64,000 nt of DNA from Takakia lepidozioides (taxonomy: Eukaryota > Plantae > Bryophyta): assembly GCA_030704615.1 (NCBI GenBank), contig CM060734.1, forward strand, positions 35,650,001-35,714,000, given 5' to 3'. This document shows positions 37,961 to 50,238 of this stretch, one piece after another. The translations under genes were made by a program, and so were the position numbers. How positions within the stretch are numbered: position 1 is the stretch's first letter; the number at the start of each line of letters is the position of its first letter. Below the pieces are notes generated by a model that searched no databases, was not told where the DNA came from, and was given only the letters and a program-made list of their open reading frames with translations.

Positions 37961-40340
37961 CTGGAAGTGGATGTCACTTTGGGTGACAAGGTAGCTGGCA
38001 CCACCATTCTCTGGAACTACCTGAATTTATTCTCAAAATGATTTCTAATGTTCTCTTGACATGTCCACGATAGTGCTGGACCTAGCTGCACAGCAGATTA
38101 TCCTTACTCAATGACTTCAGTTGGGCAATGATCTATGGATATGGCAACATGGCCCTCATGTTGGTCATTTGTAGAATGTGGCCAAAACTTGTTTTGCAAA
38201 TCACTCTTGATATAAAACCAGTTTTGAGCCATCCAAATGTTTTTGGTTCCGACCTGTATTTGTATTCTATGTTTTGTTGTATTTGTAATATATTTTCAAT
38301 GCAGTGCAGCGAATCAAAAAATTTAAACACAATATCCACTAATTCACATACGTACAGATATAAACTAAAAGTAAATGAAAAAAACGAAATAACAGTAATA
38401 AACAAAAAAATCCAAATATTAAATAAAAAGCCTCCCAATATATATTATATTATATTTATATGTATATATGTATATACACCTCCAGAGTAAAACATATTTA
38501 CTAAAATGTGTCCTCTTTTACTGCTTCACAGTAGAATATTACAATATACAAAGTCAAGGAAACTCAATATCACTAATTTACAGTCAAACCATATACTAAA
38601 CATCATGGAACATAGTAAATATGTTCCACTTTAGTTAAACCACTTTACTACACGTCATGCATCCACGTCACTCTCCCCTTAAGCCACTCACTACACGTCA
38701 TGCATCCACCTTATAATTCAGTTAAACCACTTTACTACACGTCATAGCACGTCATAGCCACGTCGCATCCACGTCATATTGTGCTGCCTACACGTCACCC
38801 CCTAGGTTTTACTGTCACATTTCACTGTCAGAACCTGGCATCTGGATTCGACTGCTTGACTGAAACGACTTGACCTTTGTCACGCATGTTCGATTATGGA
38901 GGCTGGGAGTAAAAATGTCGCAAATGACTAAAAAATGAATCAAATACAGAGTCGAAAAGCCCAACTTGTATTGTAGTGGGACAACGTTCAGTCTATGATC
39001 ACAGTTGTCCAGCACAACATCATAGGCGATTAAACAGTAGGGCAATGAATGAATGAACACCACCAGGCTACAGTATCACGAAAGTGACATGATCTCTTGG
39101 TTACCTGAAGATCTCCGGCAAATGATCTCGTCGTATCAGTGCTGTCCTCGTCTCTGTTATCTGTTTTTCGATTCTTTCATTTTGCCACATTGGCTGTTAA
39201 GATCACTCCAAAACCAAGAGAAAAGGCCACATCTCTTCAATATGCCTCCATGCTTGTGAATCTTGTGGCCCGCACACCTTTCCCGGGGGGCTCCGATGCG
39301 AATCTTTCTCTTCACTTTAATTAAGACGTGTTGTAGTTATTAAGAATGAAGTGTTTTCAGTTCAATGTTTTCCTCATAAGGAAACCGGCTAGAAACTTGG
39401 CATCTGCTCGAAGGTTGACATTCCAAGCATTCCAAGCATTCATCTCTCTGCCGGGTGTCTTGTGACTCGGATACGAGTTGCCCACTTTAGGGGTAGAAGT
39501 CAACATTGGTTTTCTGTGTTCCAGCTATGCAGAGTTCAACATCGGAATTTAGGGACGACTCTGATAACATGATCTCATGGCCGAGTTTCATGAGAAGTAA
39601 AACAGGCTGAAACAGGTCGAAAAAGAAGGTGCCCTCACCACATTGCGTGAAACCCCTCCGCGCTCGAGCACGCCCTTCCCCGCGCTGCTTTTCGGGCATT
39701 TCAGGCAGGTTCCAAAGAAATTGACGACGACGATGACGTGTCTACGATGATGTGGCGACGAAACGTGGCGACGATAACGTGGCACTATGACATCCTATTC
39801 CTGCTCTACGCTAAACTAGCTTCCGACCTTTGATCGTCGCTAGAATAACAAACTTTGCCCTACCAATATGGTACAATCCATACTAGTGTAAAATGAGCCC
39901 AGTAACCTTTCTCACACCATGTCTAGTCAGCATGCCACCTCTGAGTCCCTTAATACTACCAATGTGACATAATTTATACTAGTGTAAAATAAGCCCAGTA
40001 ATATTTCTCACACAATATATAGTCAGCATGCCACATCATATAGTTCCACCCCATTGTGTGGATTAACTTATACTACATGACTCATTTCACACCGGTGTGA
40101 GATAAGCCTTGTACACTGTTGGACACTTTCTCGGTCAACAACCGTTGACCACAGAAGATGTGAGCTTGATGTACACTAGTCTACACGAAGCGGCTTTTCT
40201 TACACTGGCTCATTCTACACCATCAAAATTTTACAGGGGTGTAAAATTTTGTGTAAGAAAAGCCAGGTGTGAACTACCCTTGTTGTGTATTAGTATCATG
40301 TCATGGTTTTAGTCATGGTTAACTAGAATTACCTACTTTT

Positions 40341-43010
40341 AGTAACTAAGACATTTTGGATATTTATATTTGTATTTTGTGTGTTGGGACTTCATTTGGT
40401 CTCACATGCCAAGTGAGGTATCAAACCTCACTTGGGACATGGGGATGGGTTTTCCCCTTGTGAGTGTTGAGGAGGGCTCATCTTCTTGTAGTTGAGCCTC
40501 CATGAGCCTCTCCCACCTCCATAGCTCTAGGTATTGAGAGGGAGTGTGGTGAAGGCTTTGTAGGGTGGATTCCTTTAGCAAATGTGCCCTTGGCTTGACT
40601 TAGTTTATGTGATTGAGTGGATTCATGAGTGGAGTGTTTCCCTTGTGTTCACTTTCATTATCACTACAAGAAGATCACCTTATGCTTGTGAGTGCGGAGT
40701 GTAAGGATTACTTTAGCACTTGTGTCGGTGTACACCAAGGAGCGAGAGAGCTAGGAAAAGCTCAAGTATTTCACAAGGCTTGCAAGGAAAGGTACTTGTG
40801 GTGTTACACCAAGGTGTTGGAGAGCTCAAGAAGGAGCTTGTTTGCCACAAGATTTGCAAGGATTACAAGAGGGAAGTCTTGTATGTGTGGAAGCATGGAT
40901 TCTAGGGATTGAGAATCATTTCTATGCATTATGGAATCAATGATGTGTGCCATGGCTTGTGGAGAGCAACTAAATGATTGTTAGTACTCATTTCACTATC
41001 AATCTAGGGTTAAGCAAGCTCAAGTGTGGATGCTGTGGAAGAGAAGCCAAGGAGCTACATAGGCTTGGGCTCGAAGACAACAATGGCAAGCACTTGGAGA
41101 GCATTAGGAAGCTCAAGAGGTTTGAAGGGGAGCATGTGAAGAAGTCTTCCAATCATGGTTGGAGAACAACTTGTGGAAAGTCCTAGAAGAAAAGAGATTG
41201 TGGCTCAAGGCATGCATAACAACTTCAACCATGTGACAAGACAAGGAAGGGGAAGGTGCTCATGTACTCATTCCCTTTTGGCTTAAGTTTTGTGGTGGAT
41301 GGTTGATCAAGCAAATGATGCTTATGTGGAGCATGCTTCCCAAGTGTGGCTTCCAATTTCAAACTTGAGAAGAGCTAGAAAATAAAAGGAGCAAGTTGAT
41401 TCCCTTGTGTATGAGGTGATGCATATGTGAAGCATGCTTTTGGCTTGAGCTTTGCAATTTCAAGCTTGAGAGGAGTGGCTCTTGAGCTAGCAAGTGAAGG
41501 GAGCTTGAATGACCAAGGCTTGAGAGGAGACAAGGCTTGTTGGTTGCCAAAGGAGGTACAAGCTTCATTTTGACTTCCAATGAGAAATTGAGCTTGTTGT
41601 GTGGCCAATGCATTGCTAGTTGAGTTGGAGACAAACTTGAATAGCTTAAGGTGAAGAAGATCAAGGAAATTTGCCTTGGTTAGAGGCGAGTGGACACATG
41701 CAATGGGATTGATTGCAAGTAAATGAGTTAGGCCTCCAAGTTAACATAGAATTCATGGATGCTTGAGGGGATTAAGCATAGAGCCCCAAGGAGCACAAAC
41801 CCTAGCTTGGTAAGGCTAAACCTCAAGGACATAGAGAGGGAAGTGGGTAAAGCCTAGGGGGAAATGAACTACTCTATGAGGGGGAAATGGCTATTCGGAG
41901 GGGGAAATGGCTATTCGAAGGGGGAAATGGCTATCCTAAGGAGAATACAAGGGGAATACAAGGGAAATATGTATAGGCCCAGGGGAATACTGGGAAAATA
42001 CTATGGCATATTCTTAGGAATATTCTTTGGGAACTTTGGGAACTTATTGGGAACTTGAAAACACATTGGGAACGCATTGGGAACATGGTGACATAGGAAG
42101 AGTCCTTGGAGGACCATTGGGAGTCCTTGGAGGACTGTTTGGAGGACCATTGGGAATCCTTGGAGGACTGTTTGGAAGACCATTGGGAGTCCTTGGAGGA
42201 CTATTTGGGGTCCTTGGAGGACCATTTGGAGGACCATTTTGGAGTTCTTTGGAAGACTATTTGGGGTCCTTGGAGGCCAATGTTTGGCGAGCTTGAGGAG
42301 TTTTTGACGACTTGTGTGAGGGACTATTTGGGGTCCTCGAGGGCTAAGTTTTGGAAGGCTCTTGGGACTTGGTGTACTGTTTTGGAGTCCCATTGTGCAA
42401 GGATTGGGAGCCTTAGTGAGATTATTTGAGAGACATATTCTTGATGGCTCCTTGAGAGTTATTTGAGAGACCCTTGAAAAGTAGTCTTGTCTATTGTTCA
42501 AGCAAGAGAGTGTGGAGATAAGGTAGTGGGATGAGGGCATGCTGGGATTAGGAATTGCTTTAGTCTCTCTTCCTTGTAGTCTTTCACCCTCTCTGTAGGC
42601 CAAAACCTTTCCGTAGGTGGAGGCAAGAGTCAGTCCTGGTTTGGGCTGGGGTGTCATTGCAGGAGCGACACTGTGGAGTGTTTTTGGTGTGAGGGAGTTG
42701 TTGTCTTGATTTTCTTGTGTTTGGATCCCCTCCACACCTACATGCTTGACTATGCGCCATGTTAGCTTTGTGTGGGCACTTGTTTTCATAGGAGGCTGGT
42801 CCGGATTTGATCACCAGTCAATCCTAGAGCGTGCCGTCGGTGGTGAGGCTGGGGTGATGACCAAACAGACCATCATTGTTTCTATTATGGTGAGGCTGGG
42901 TTGATGACCAGCAGACCATATGAGTGTTTGCGGTGGATGCAGGTGCAGGTTTATGTTACGAACCTAGTAGTCTAAGCCATAAGCCGCAACAGGTTCTCTA
43001 CCCGGTTACT
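40341..43010 (+). repeat. Putative 5' LTR (~2.67 kb) with internal minisatellites
   Basis: Begins AGTAAC (as does the 3' copy at 50355) and ends GTTACT. GGGGAAATGGCTAT 21-mers at 41870-41940 and ~33-bp GAGTCCTTGGAGGAC..TTTGGAGGACCATTGG repeats at 42100-42280. Confidence 0.65.
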
Positions 43011-43257
43011 TTGTGGAAAGGGGGATTAGAGACAGATTTACAACTGGTGTGGTTGTGAGTTTTCATCACGGAGGTGCCACCAGTTGCTGAGGAGAGTGCC
43101 GGTACGAGCACCAGCGATACTAGTGAGTATACAAGACGAGGTGTGCGGTTTAGGCCACCTTCACCTTCAGTGTCTTCTGAGGAAGGTTCAGACTCGGAGT
43201 CAGGAGGATTCTCGCCGAGGGTGCAAGCCATTTCCGTGCCATTGTTGTGGGATACGA

Positions 43258-44460
43258 TGGAGGAAATGTATGGAGCTACTAAGGTGCTACGACAGTACTC
43301 TGGAGCTGTGGGCACCATCGAGCTTGATAATTTCATACATGAGTTTGATAGTTGGTGTGATTTGCAGCAGATGCACAATCCACAACTGTTTACGCATTTT
43401 ATGGCGTGGAAGGAGCTGTTTTAGCACCTTGAGGGCCGCCTATGGATGACTACCATGAGTTTAGGCGGGGAAATGAGGTGGAGATTGAGGAGTGGCGACA
43501 ATATTGGTCACCTGACTATATCTCCATCACTAGAGGCATAAGGGCAGCGGCGACACCAGCAGCTATACCAACTACCCCAACTGCAAGCACTAGTAGTGGG
43601 ACAAGTAAAGATAGAGCTGGGAAATCCACTCAAGCTCCTGCTGCAGCACCAGCACCCGTGCCTGCCTTTAATCCAGTTCTGGAGTTCTTCGAGGAATTAA
43701 GGAGAAACTACCAGGGGATAAGGACGGAGAAATTGCGGAGTTTGCAAGAGTTCCAACGAAAGCCTACTGAGAGTTTAAGGGAGGCTTACACGCGCATGAG
43801 GCGATTGATAAATGTAACCCAAGGGGTTACGGAAGCTCAAGCAGTCCAATTCCGGTATGGGATATTGGACAATGAACTGAGGAGAAGGGTGCAGCATGCA
43901 ACTGTCCTACAAGTGGACCAACCCACCTTAGCAAACGTGTTTTTGCTGGTAGAGCGGATAGAGCTCAATATGGTGGAGGAGCGAGTGGTCATGGTGGGAT
44001 TTGATAAGGAGACACAACGAAGTGGGGCTCCTAGCCAACAACAACCATTACCCCAACGTGCTCAAGGCAACAAGGGGGCTCAGGTGAAGCCCAAGGAAGG
44101 ATAGAGATGATCTCAATTCCAGAGGTCACTTCCTTCATTCTCAGGCCAACAACAGTCGGGTGTGATATGTCGGGATTGTGGAGGACCCCATGTTAAGAGA
44201 GATTGCCCGGAGAGAGGCAAAGGGCCGGCACAGGCACAGCCTACACAACTACAGTGTGGGCTTTGTGGCAAGTATGGGCATGAAGAGGCCCATTGTTATG
44301 ACTTGCATCCTGAGCTACGGCCAGGCCAGTTCCAAGGAAACAATGGTGGCCGAGGACGAGGCAATGTAGTCCAGAGAGGTAGATGAGGCAGAGGTCGCGG
44401 TGGAGGTCGCGGTGGAGGTCGTAACCAAAACCAGGGAGCACAAGGTCAAGGTCAAGGTCA
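43258..44460 (+). pseudogene. Gag with two CCHC zinc knuckles
   Basis: FQRKPTESLREAYTRM (major-homology-like), CRDCGGPHVKRDC and CGLCGKYGHEEAHC, RGG-rich tail; stops and frameshifts. Confidence 0.85.
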
Positions 44461-45269
44461 TGACCAAGGTATGGTGGATAGGCTTGCCCAGCTAGAGCAA
44501 CGTCTTGCTACCATGGCCATTACATATGTTGCGCCAGCTCCAAGGCATGAGGTTCAATCCCCACTTGCACAACCTCATATGCCTAGGGAAGACCAGATTG
44601 GTATGGGCTTCATGTGTGGAGCCGCACTTGCGGACCATTGCATGTGGACTCTGTAGCTGCTGTCACTCGAGCAGCAACGCGTGCTCCTGAGCCAAGAAGA
44701 GCAGATGTGGATTTTGATCCACAAAGGGAGGAAGCAAGTCGACAGACAAAGCTTCCACAGTCCTTTACATTAGCTGAGATAGTGCCAACTACGCCATCGA
44801 TGGTACCCGCTCGCCCAAGTGTGTTAGAGGTAGAGCCACGAGTGCCAGTGGGGAGAGTTGGTGTGGCTCGGGAAATGCCAGTGGGTGGTGCTGCAAAACA
44901 AGGTGCAGCCAATACATTGTTGGGGGCGGCTACGGCTGTTTGCCAAGCTCCATTGTTTTCTGCAATGACCATTGCAATGCCAGGGATTCGGCCAGCTGCT
45001 GTATTCAGACTAGCAGCTAGACTTTGTGAGAGTGGTGATGCATCGGCACTATCTGCGGGGATAACGGATAATGTGCAGTGCATGGATGCCCTGGACTCAA
45101 AGGTGAAGATAGCCACAGCTGCACCATGGCAAGCGACAGCTGCAAGGTTGCAAGAGTTGCCAGTTAGACCAGCCATTGAGCGTAGTATGATGACTCTTGG
45201 AGTAGTCCTGGTGGACAATCAGGATGAAGTGTTTCAATTGGGTGGCCCAACCGAGAGGAGGTTTAGGCC

Positions 45270-45580
45270 ACTGCGGGTTTTATTGGACTCGGGAGCACAA
45301 CCATTGATGTTGGGGAGAGCAGCAATTGCAGGCTTGGGCCTCACAGAGGCGGATTTGGAGCCTTGCCCTTTCCAAATTCAAACATCTTTGGGTGGTTCAG
45401 AGAAGGTGCGAGGGATTACACGCCATGATCTCTTCATTCGATTACAGCCGGATCATCCTACGGACGGCTCAGTCATGAGAGCTAAAAGCCATTGTTACGG
45501 ACGCGATGTCCTATGATGTGCTTGTTGGTGGGGCTGTGTTGTACCCCATGGGCTTTACTTTGGACTTTTGGGAGGAAACG
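45270..45580 (+). pseudogene. Retroviral-type aspartic protease
   Basis: VLLDSGAQ catalytic motif; YDVLVGG end motif after a frameshift. Confidence 0.85.
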
Positions 45581-45994
45581 ACATCCTACAGGCCGGAATG
45601 GCAGTCAGGAGATGGCCGACGTGCACTGCTCCCAGTGCGGTTTATTGGGAATGTAGCGGTGGATCATAGGAACATGATGCCCACATTGGTTGCATTCTCA
45701 GAGGTGGTGGCTTGGGGTGGTGAGCTCTTGGAGGAAAATAGCCATGCAAATGTTAGGCCACCACCTGATGAGGACAAACAATTGGCATATAAGGCTGATT
45801 TGCTTCCTTATATGTCTGTTTATATACCACTATGGGGTACAGTTGGGAATCTGCATCGAGTAGCAGGCGAGTGTGTGCACCAAGCATGACAGGAGGCCTA
45901 TCCATTTGTGAGTGAGGGGAGTTCAGTGAAATCACCTGGACCTCCTCAGTTAGCTCCTTTGGACACAATGCCCATTATCTGGCAACAACCTGAC

Positions 45995-47015
45995 TCAGGC
46001 ATTTGTCTACTAGACCTGTTTGGAGGCATGAGCACTGGGCTTGCAGGAGTGTTGCAAGCAAGAATCAAAGTACGCAAGTACTTGTATGTGGAGAAGGATG
46101 AGATTGCTCGGCGTGTTTCCATGCGCCATGTTGCCTTGCTCACACATCAGTATCCTGAGTTGTTGCCTCTCTCAGCAATTCAAGGGTACCAAAAAGCCTT
46201 ACCAGTAGACATTACCTTGCTGAGGGCGGATGATTTGGACTGGCATGGTGCCATTGACTTGGTGATAGCTGGATGGCCTTGCCAATGGGACTAAAGCAGT
46301 AATTTGCAATCTATACTGGTTCATACATTGAAGCATCTTTTTATACGAAGCTGGTTTGACTGCTATTGGTTCCGCAGGTCATGGGAATGGCTTGCATGAT
46401 GCACGATCGCATTTGTTTTGAGAGATGTTGCGAGTGTTGCGTGACTTGCAAGTGAGGCAAGTGAAACCTTCAGCTTACATCCTGGAAAATGTTCCTCTCA
46501 TGGGGGATTCTCAGGCCAAGGTTATGGCCAGTGTGCATCAGATCCGGTCATGGATTGGACCAGCTGTATTGTTGGATGCAGCTGCAGTGGGTTCACGGGC
46601 ACATAGGCCTAGGTTGTGGTGGACCAATCTTGCACCACCAAAGTCGCTCAAGAGAGCCTATGATTCCATTCAACGGCCACCCAACCTCACGGTTGAGGGC
46701 ATTTTGGACCAAGGGAGGCAACCACAGAGAGCGCGACATGATGATTGTCCACCTTTGGCAGTGGTCAATCGAGTGGGGCAGCCACGTGCAGCCTTGCCTA
46801 CGCTCATGAGCTTTCTCTCGTCTCATGCTTTTCGAGACAATGGTCCTGGGTTGATTTGGGACAGTGTGCTACAGCAATTGGTGGAGCCCAATGCGGATAA
46901 ACGAGAGCGGGCAATGGGATTTTCCACGGGGCACTACAGCTGTGCCAGCTCTGTTAGAGGCATCACGACGCCAGGTGTTGGGTCAGGCAATGGATCTCAA
47001 TTGCTTGACATGGGT
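45995..47015 (+). pseudogene. C5 cytosine DNA methyltransferase domain (DNMT3-like) inside pol
   Basis: Motifs in order: I LDLFGGMSTG, II YVEKD, IV IAGWPCQ, VI ILENV, VIII HRPRLWWTN, IX RERAMGF, X RRQVLGQAMDLN (frameshifted). Insertion after PCQ and TGA at 46419. Confidence 0.92.
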
Positions 47016-47544
47016 CATTTGGCTTGTGTATGGCTGAGCAACGGAGATTGCAAGCATTGGTGGCTACTTCCACACTCCCATTGGATATTGCACCCTCTCT
47101 GCCAACCGGGACGGTGGAGGCAGTGAGTGGGGGTGAGCACAGGATCATGGGGTGCAAACACCCATGGTTGATGTGGGATGAGATGCGCAAAGAGAGAGTT
47201 ATTGGATCTCTCAAGCAGCAGTACGAGGAGTGGGGAAAGCCATACACTGAGGATCAGTTGGAGGCCAAGGTGGCTAAGGTTTTTGAAGAGGTTGACGATG
47301 TTTCTTCCCCAGAGGATGTTTTCAAGGTGGCTATGGCGGAGCAAGTGGAGGCTACGCCACCGTCAGAGTGGGCGGACAAGGCCCAAGAGGTTGCTATCTA
47401 GCAACCAAAGGATTCGTCTCCTATCTCCAAGCCTGGTGTACCCAAGGTTGTAGTCACTGAGGACAATTGGGAACCAGATGTTGGACCTAAAGTCACCGGA
47501 GGAGAGAGACGGAGGATCCAGCGATTTCTAAGGGCTTATAGAAA

Positions 47545-48678
47545 TTGCTTTGCCTTCGGTTTGAAGGATTTGGGGAGTTTGAAGGGTCAGGAGATTATTT
47601 GGCAAGTGACACGCCAATCTTTCGAAGGCCCCACCGGTATAGTGACATGGAGAGATCATTGATCCAGTCACGGACTATGAAGTTGTTCGAAGCTGGACTG
47701 GTAGAGTTGTCAGGCGGGGAGTATGCCTCGGCAACGGTGATGCTAGCTAAGAAGGATATCTATGGCAATTGGGCTGAAAGAAGGATGTGTGGGGACTATT
47801 GTCCTGTCAACCGTCAGACTAAGTCCGATAGATATGCCATGCCAACTCCAGAGGAGATCTTTGATGCCATTGGGCATGCAAAGGTGTTTAGCACATTGGA
47901 CTTGCGATCCGGTTACCACCAGTTGCCAATCAAAGCGGCTGACAAGCAAAAGATGGCATTCTGGGGGATTGACCAACATGGGAAGGATTGCTTGTACCAA
48001 TGGCGGTTCCTACCGTTTGGGTTGAAGAATGCTCCTGCAGAGTTTCAGAGGGTCATGGATATGATTCTTGCGGGGCTAGACTTTGCTCGGTGCTACATTG
48101 ATGACATCATCATCTTTAGTGCTACGATTGAGGAGCACGAGAGACACCTTCAGATGGTGTTTGAGCGCTTGAGAGCGCACGGGTTGAAACTGCACCCCGG
48201 AAAGTGCAAGTTCTTCCACAAACAGATTGAGTATCTGGGCCACATGATATACCCTGGAGGATTGGGTGTTCAACAGACAAAGGTGGAGGCCATTGCATGC
48301 ATTCCATGCCCCATGGATGTGAGCATAGTTCGTGCTTTCACGAACAATGATGCCGAGGCGAAGTATAGTTCTTATGAAGGGGAGTGTCTGGCTGCAGTAT
48401 GGGCAGTGACACATTTTAGATGCTACCTCTATGACAATCTCTTCACTCTTGTCACGGATCACCAACCATTGAAGTGGTTGATGGAGTCAGACACGCTTAC
48501 AGGGAAGCTTGCACGGTGGGCACTTATGCTTCAAGAGTACGACTTCCAGGTGGTGCAGCGAGCCGGAATAGTCAACCGGGATGCGGATGGATTGAGTTGC
48601 AATCCATGCACAAGTGAGCTTGATGATACAAGAGCTCGTTGGCATGGTGAGACGGACGAGGAGATGGTGCCAGGATGA
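47545..48678 (+). pseudogene. Gypsy reverse transcriptase and partially deleted RNase H
   Basis: RMCGDY, LDLRSGYHQ, LPFGLKNAP, YIDDII, YLGH; RNase H C-half (YSSYEGECLA, TDHQPL, ADGLS); the region between VRAF and NNDAE is missing. Confidence 0.95.
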
Positions 48679-48959
48679 TACGCATCTGCCTTTTTATGCA
48701 TTCTAGCAATGGGAGCTCAAGCTGGTCCATCCCATGTGATTGGTCATAGAGATAGTGTGCATGACGATCTAGAGATCAGTGAGGAGCTTGGTGGTGCTAA
48801 GGATGTACATGAAGATGCAGCAATGTTGGCCTACCTTCGTACTGGAGAGACAGCAGCCAGTGTGACTGCTAATGAGAGAGATCGGATCCTACAACGAGCC
48901 AAGAGGTTCAAGTGGGAGGGGACTCACTTACTCCGAGTATGGGAGGATGGATGAGTGAG

Positions 48960-50238
48960 GATTGTGCTTCATCCAACACAACGAGCGCGATTGGTACGCC
49001 ATGCCCATGAGGAGTTGGGATATTTTGGGATGCGGCGCACTCATAGTTTGCTGCAAGGACAGTACTGGTGGTGGGGCATGCACACGGATGTGCAATAGTT
49101 AGTGGCAAGGTGCATGGTGTGTGATAGAGTGCGGGCTTCTTTCAATGCACTTACTCCACAATTGCATCCTTTATCCATTATGGGTTTGGGCTATCGTTGG
49201 AGTCTTGACTTCGCAGGCCCATTGCCACTGACGATTCGCCATAACAAATATGTGTTGGTGATGGTGGAACATTTCTCCAAATGGATTGAATTGGTGGCAT
49301 TGCCTGACAAGGCAAGTGAGGGGGCTGTGTATGCATTCTTAGATCGAGTGCTTAGCCAATTTGGTGCTCCAGCCGAGGTACTCACGGACCAGGGGAGAGA
49401 GTTCTTGGGGGAGTTTCAGGCTTTGTGTGAGCAAGCCTTGATAGATCACCGCACTACTTCTCGGGATCATCCCGAGGCTGATGGCTTGGCCGAGAGGGTT
49501 GTGCAAACAGTCAAACGAGGCTTGCGCAAGTATGGCTTGCAGAAGGGACACTTGGGAGATTGGGACCTTCAGCTATCTTGGTTGGGCATGGGCTACAGGT
49601 TTAGCAAGCAAGCATCACTTGCCTCGTTTTCGCCTTATCTCCTTCTCTTTGGCCGAGAGCCAGATTTGCCTGCATCTATTCGCAGGGAGACTGCAGTAGT
49701 CCTCAACCTTGATAATCCGGATGTGTGGACACAAGCATGTGCCCAGTGGGCAGAGTTGTTCAAGAGAGTTATGCCTATGGCTTTTGAGAACCTTGCTATT
49801 GCCCAACACCGAGACACATTGAGGTACGCCACTATACGTGGAGAGGGATATCGGCCAGGTGTTCGGCATTTCCATCCTGGGGACTATGTGTATCTGCAGC
49901 AGACAGCACCTACGACCTTGGATGTCACAACAGGTCGTGTGATTCTAAGGGTCCGGGAGGTGTTGCCTTCAGGAGTGTTGATTTTGGAGGGTCGAGATGG
50001 CATGGTATGGAAGGACTATGTGCGCAATTGTGCGCAATGTCACCTTCCACATGTGGATGGGAGGATAGATCCCAACCTTGCAGTGGTACTTGCAGGGTTG
50101 CGTTGCATGCTATGTGGGCATGCTGGTGGTGCCGCGACCATGTTGGTGTGTGACAAATGCTCAAGGGGGTGGCACATGGGATGCTTGACACCACCACTTG
50201 AGGAGGTTCTTAGTGGAGAATGGTTGTGTCCATGATGC
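48960..50238 (+). pseudogene. Integrase with C-terminal PHD finger
   Basis: HHCC zinc motif, DFAGP, TDQG, AERVV core; then CMLC...MLVCDKCSRGWHMGCLTPPL...WLCP*C (C4HC3). Confidence 0.93.

Noticed and set aside
38128-38490. Overlapping ORFs on both strands
   Set aside because: AT-rich low-complexity sequence with no coding signature.
40662-40673. CACTACAAGAA resembling a CACTA TIR at the point where the two LTR copies diverge
   Set aside because: No matching inverted end or TSD found; truncation of the 3' LTR explains the divergence.
42001-42789. 262-aa antisense ORF and repetitive EDHWESL ORFs
   Set aside because: Products of the 33-bp minisatellite in the LTR; no domain evidence.
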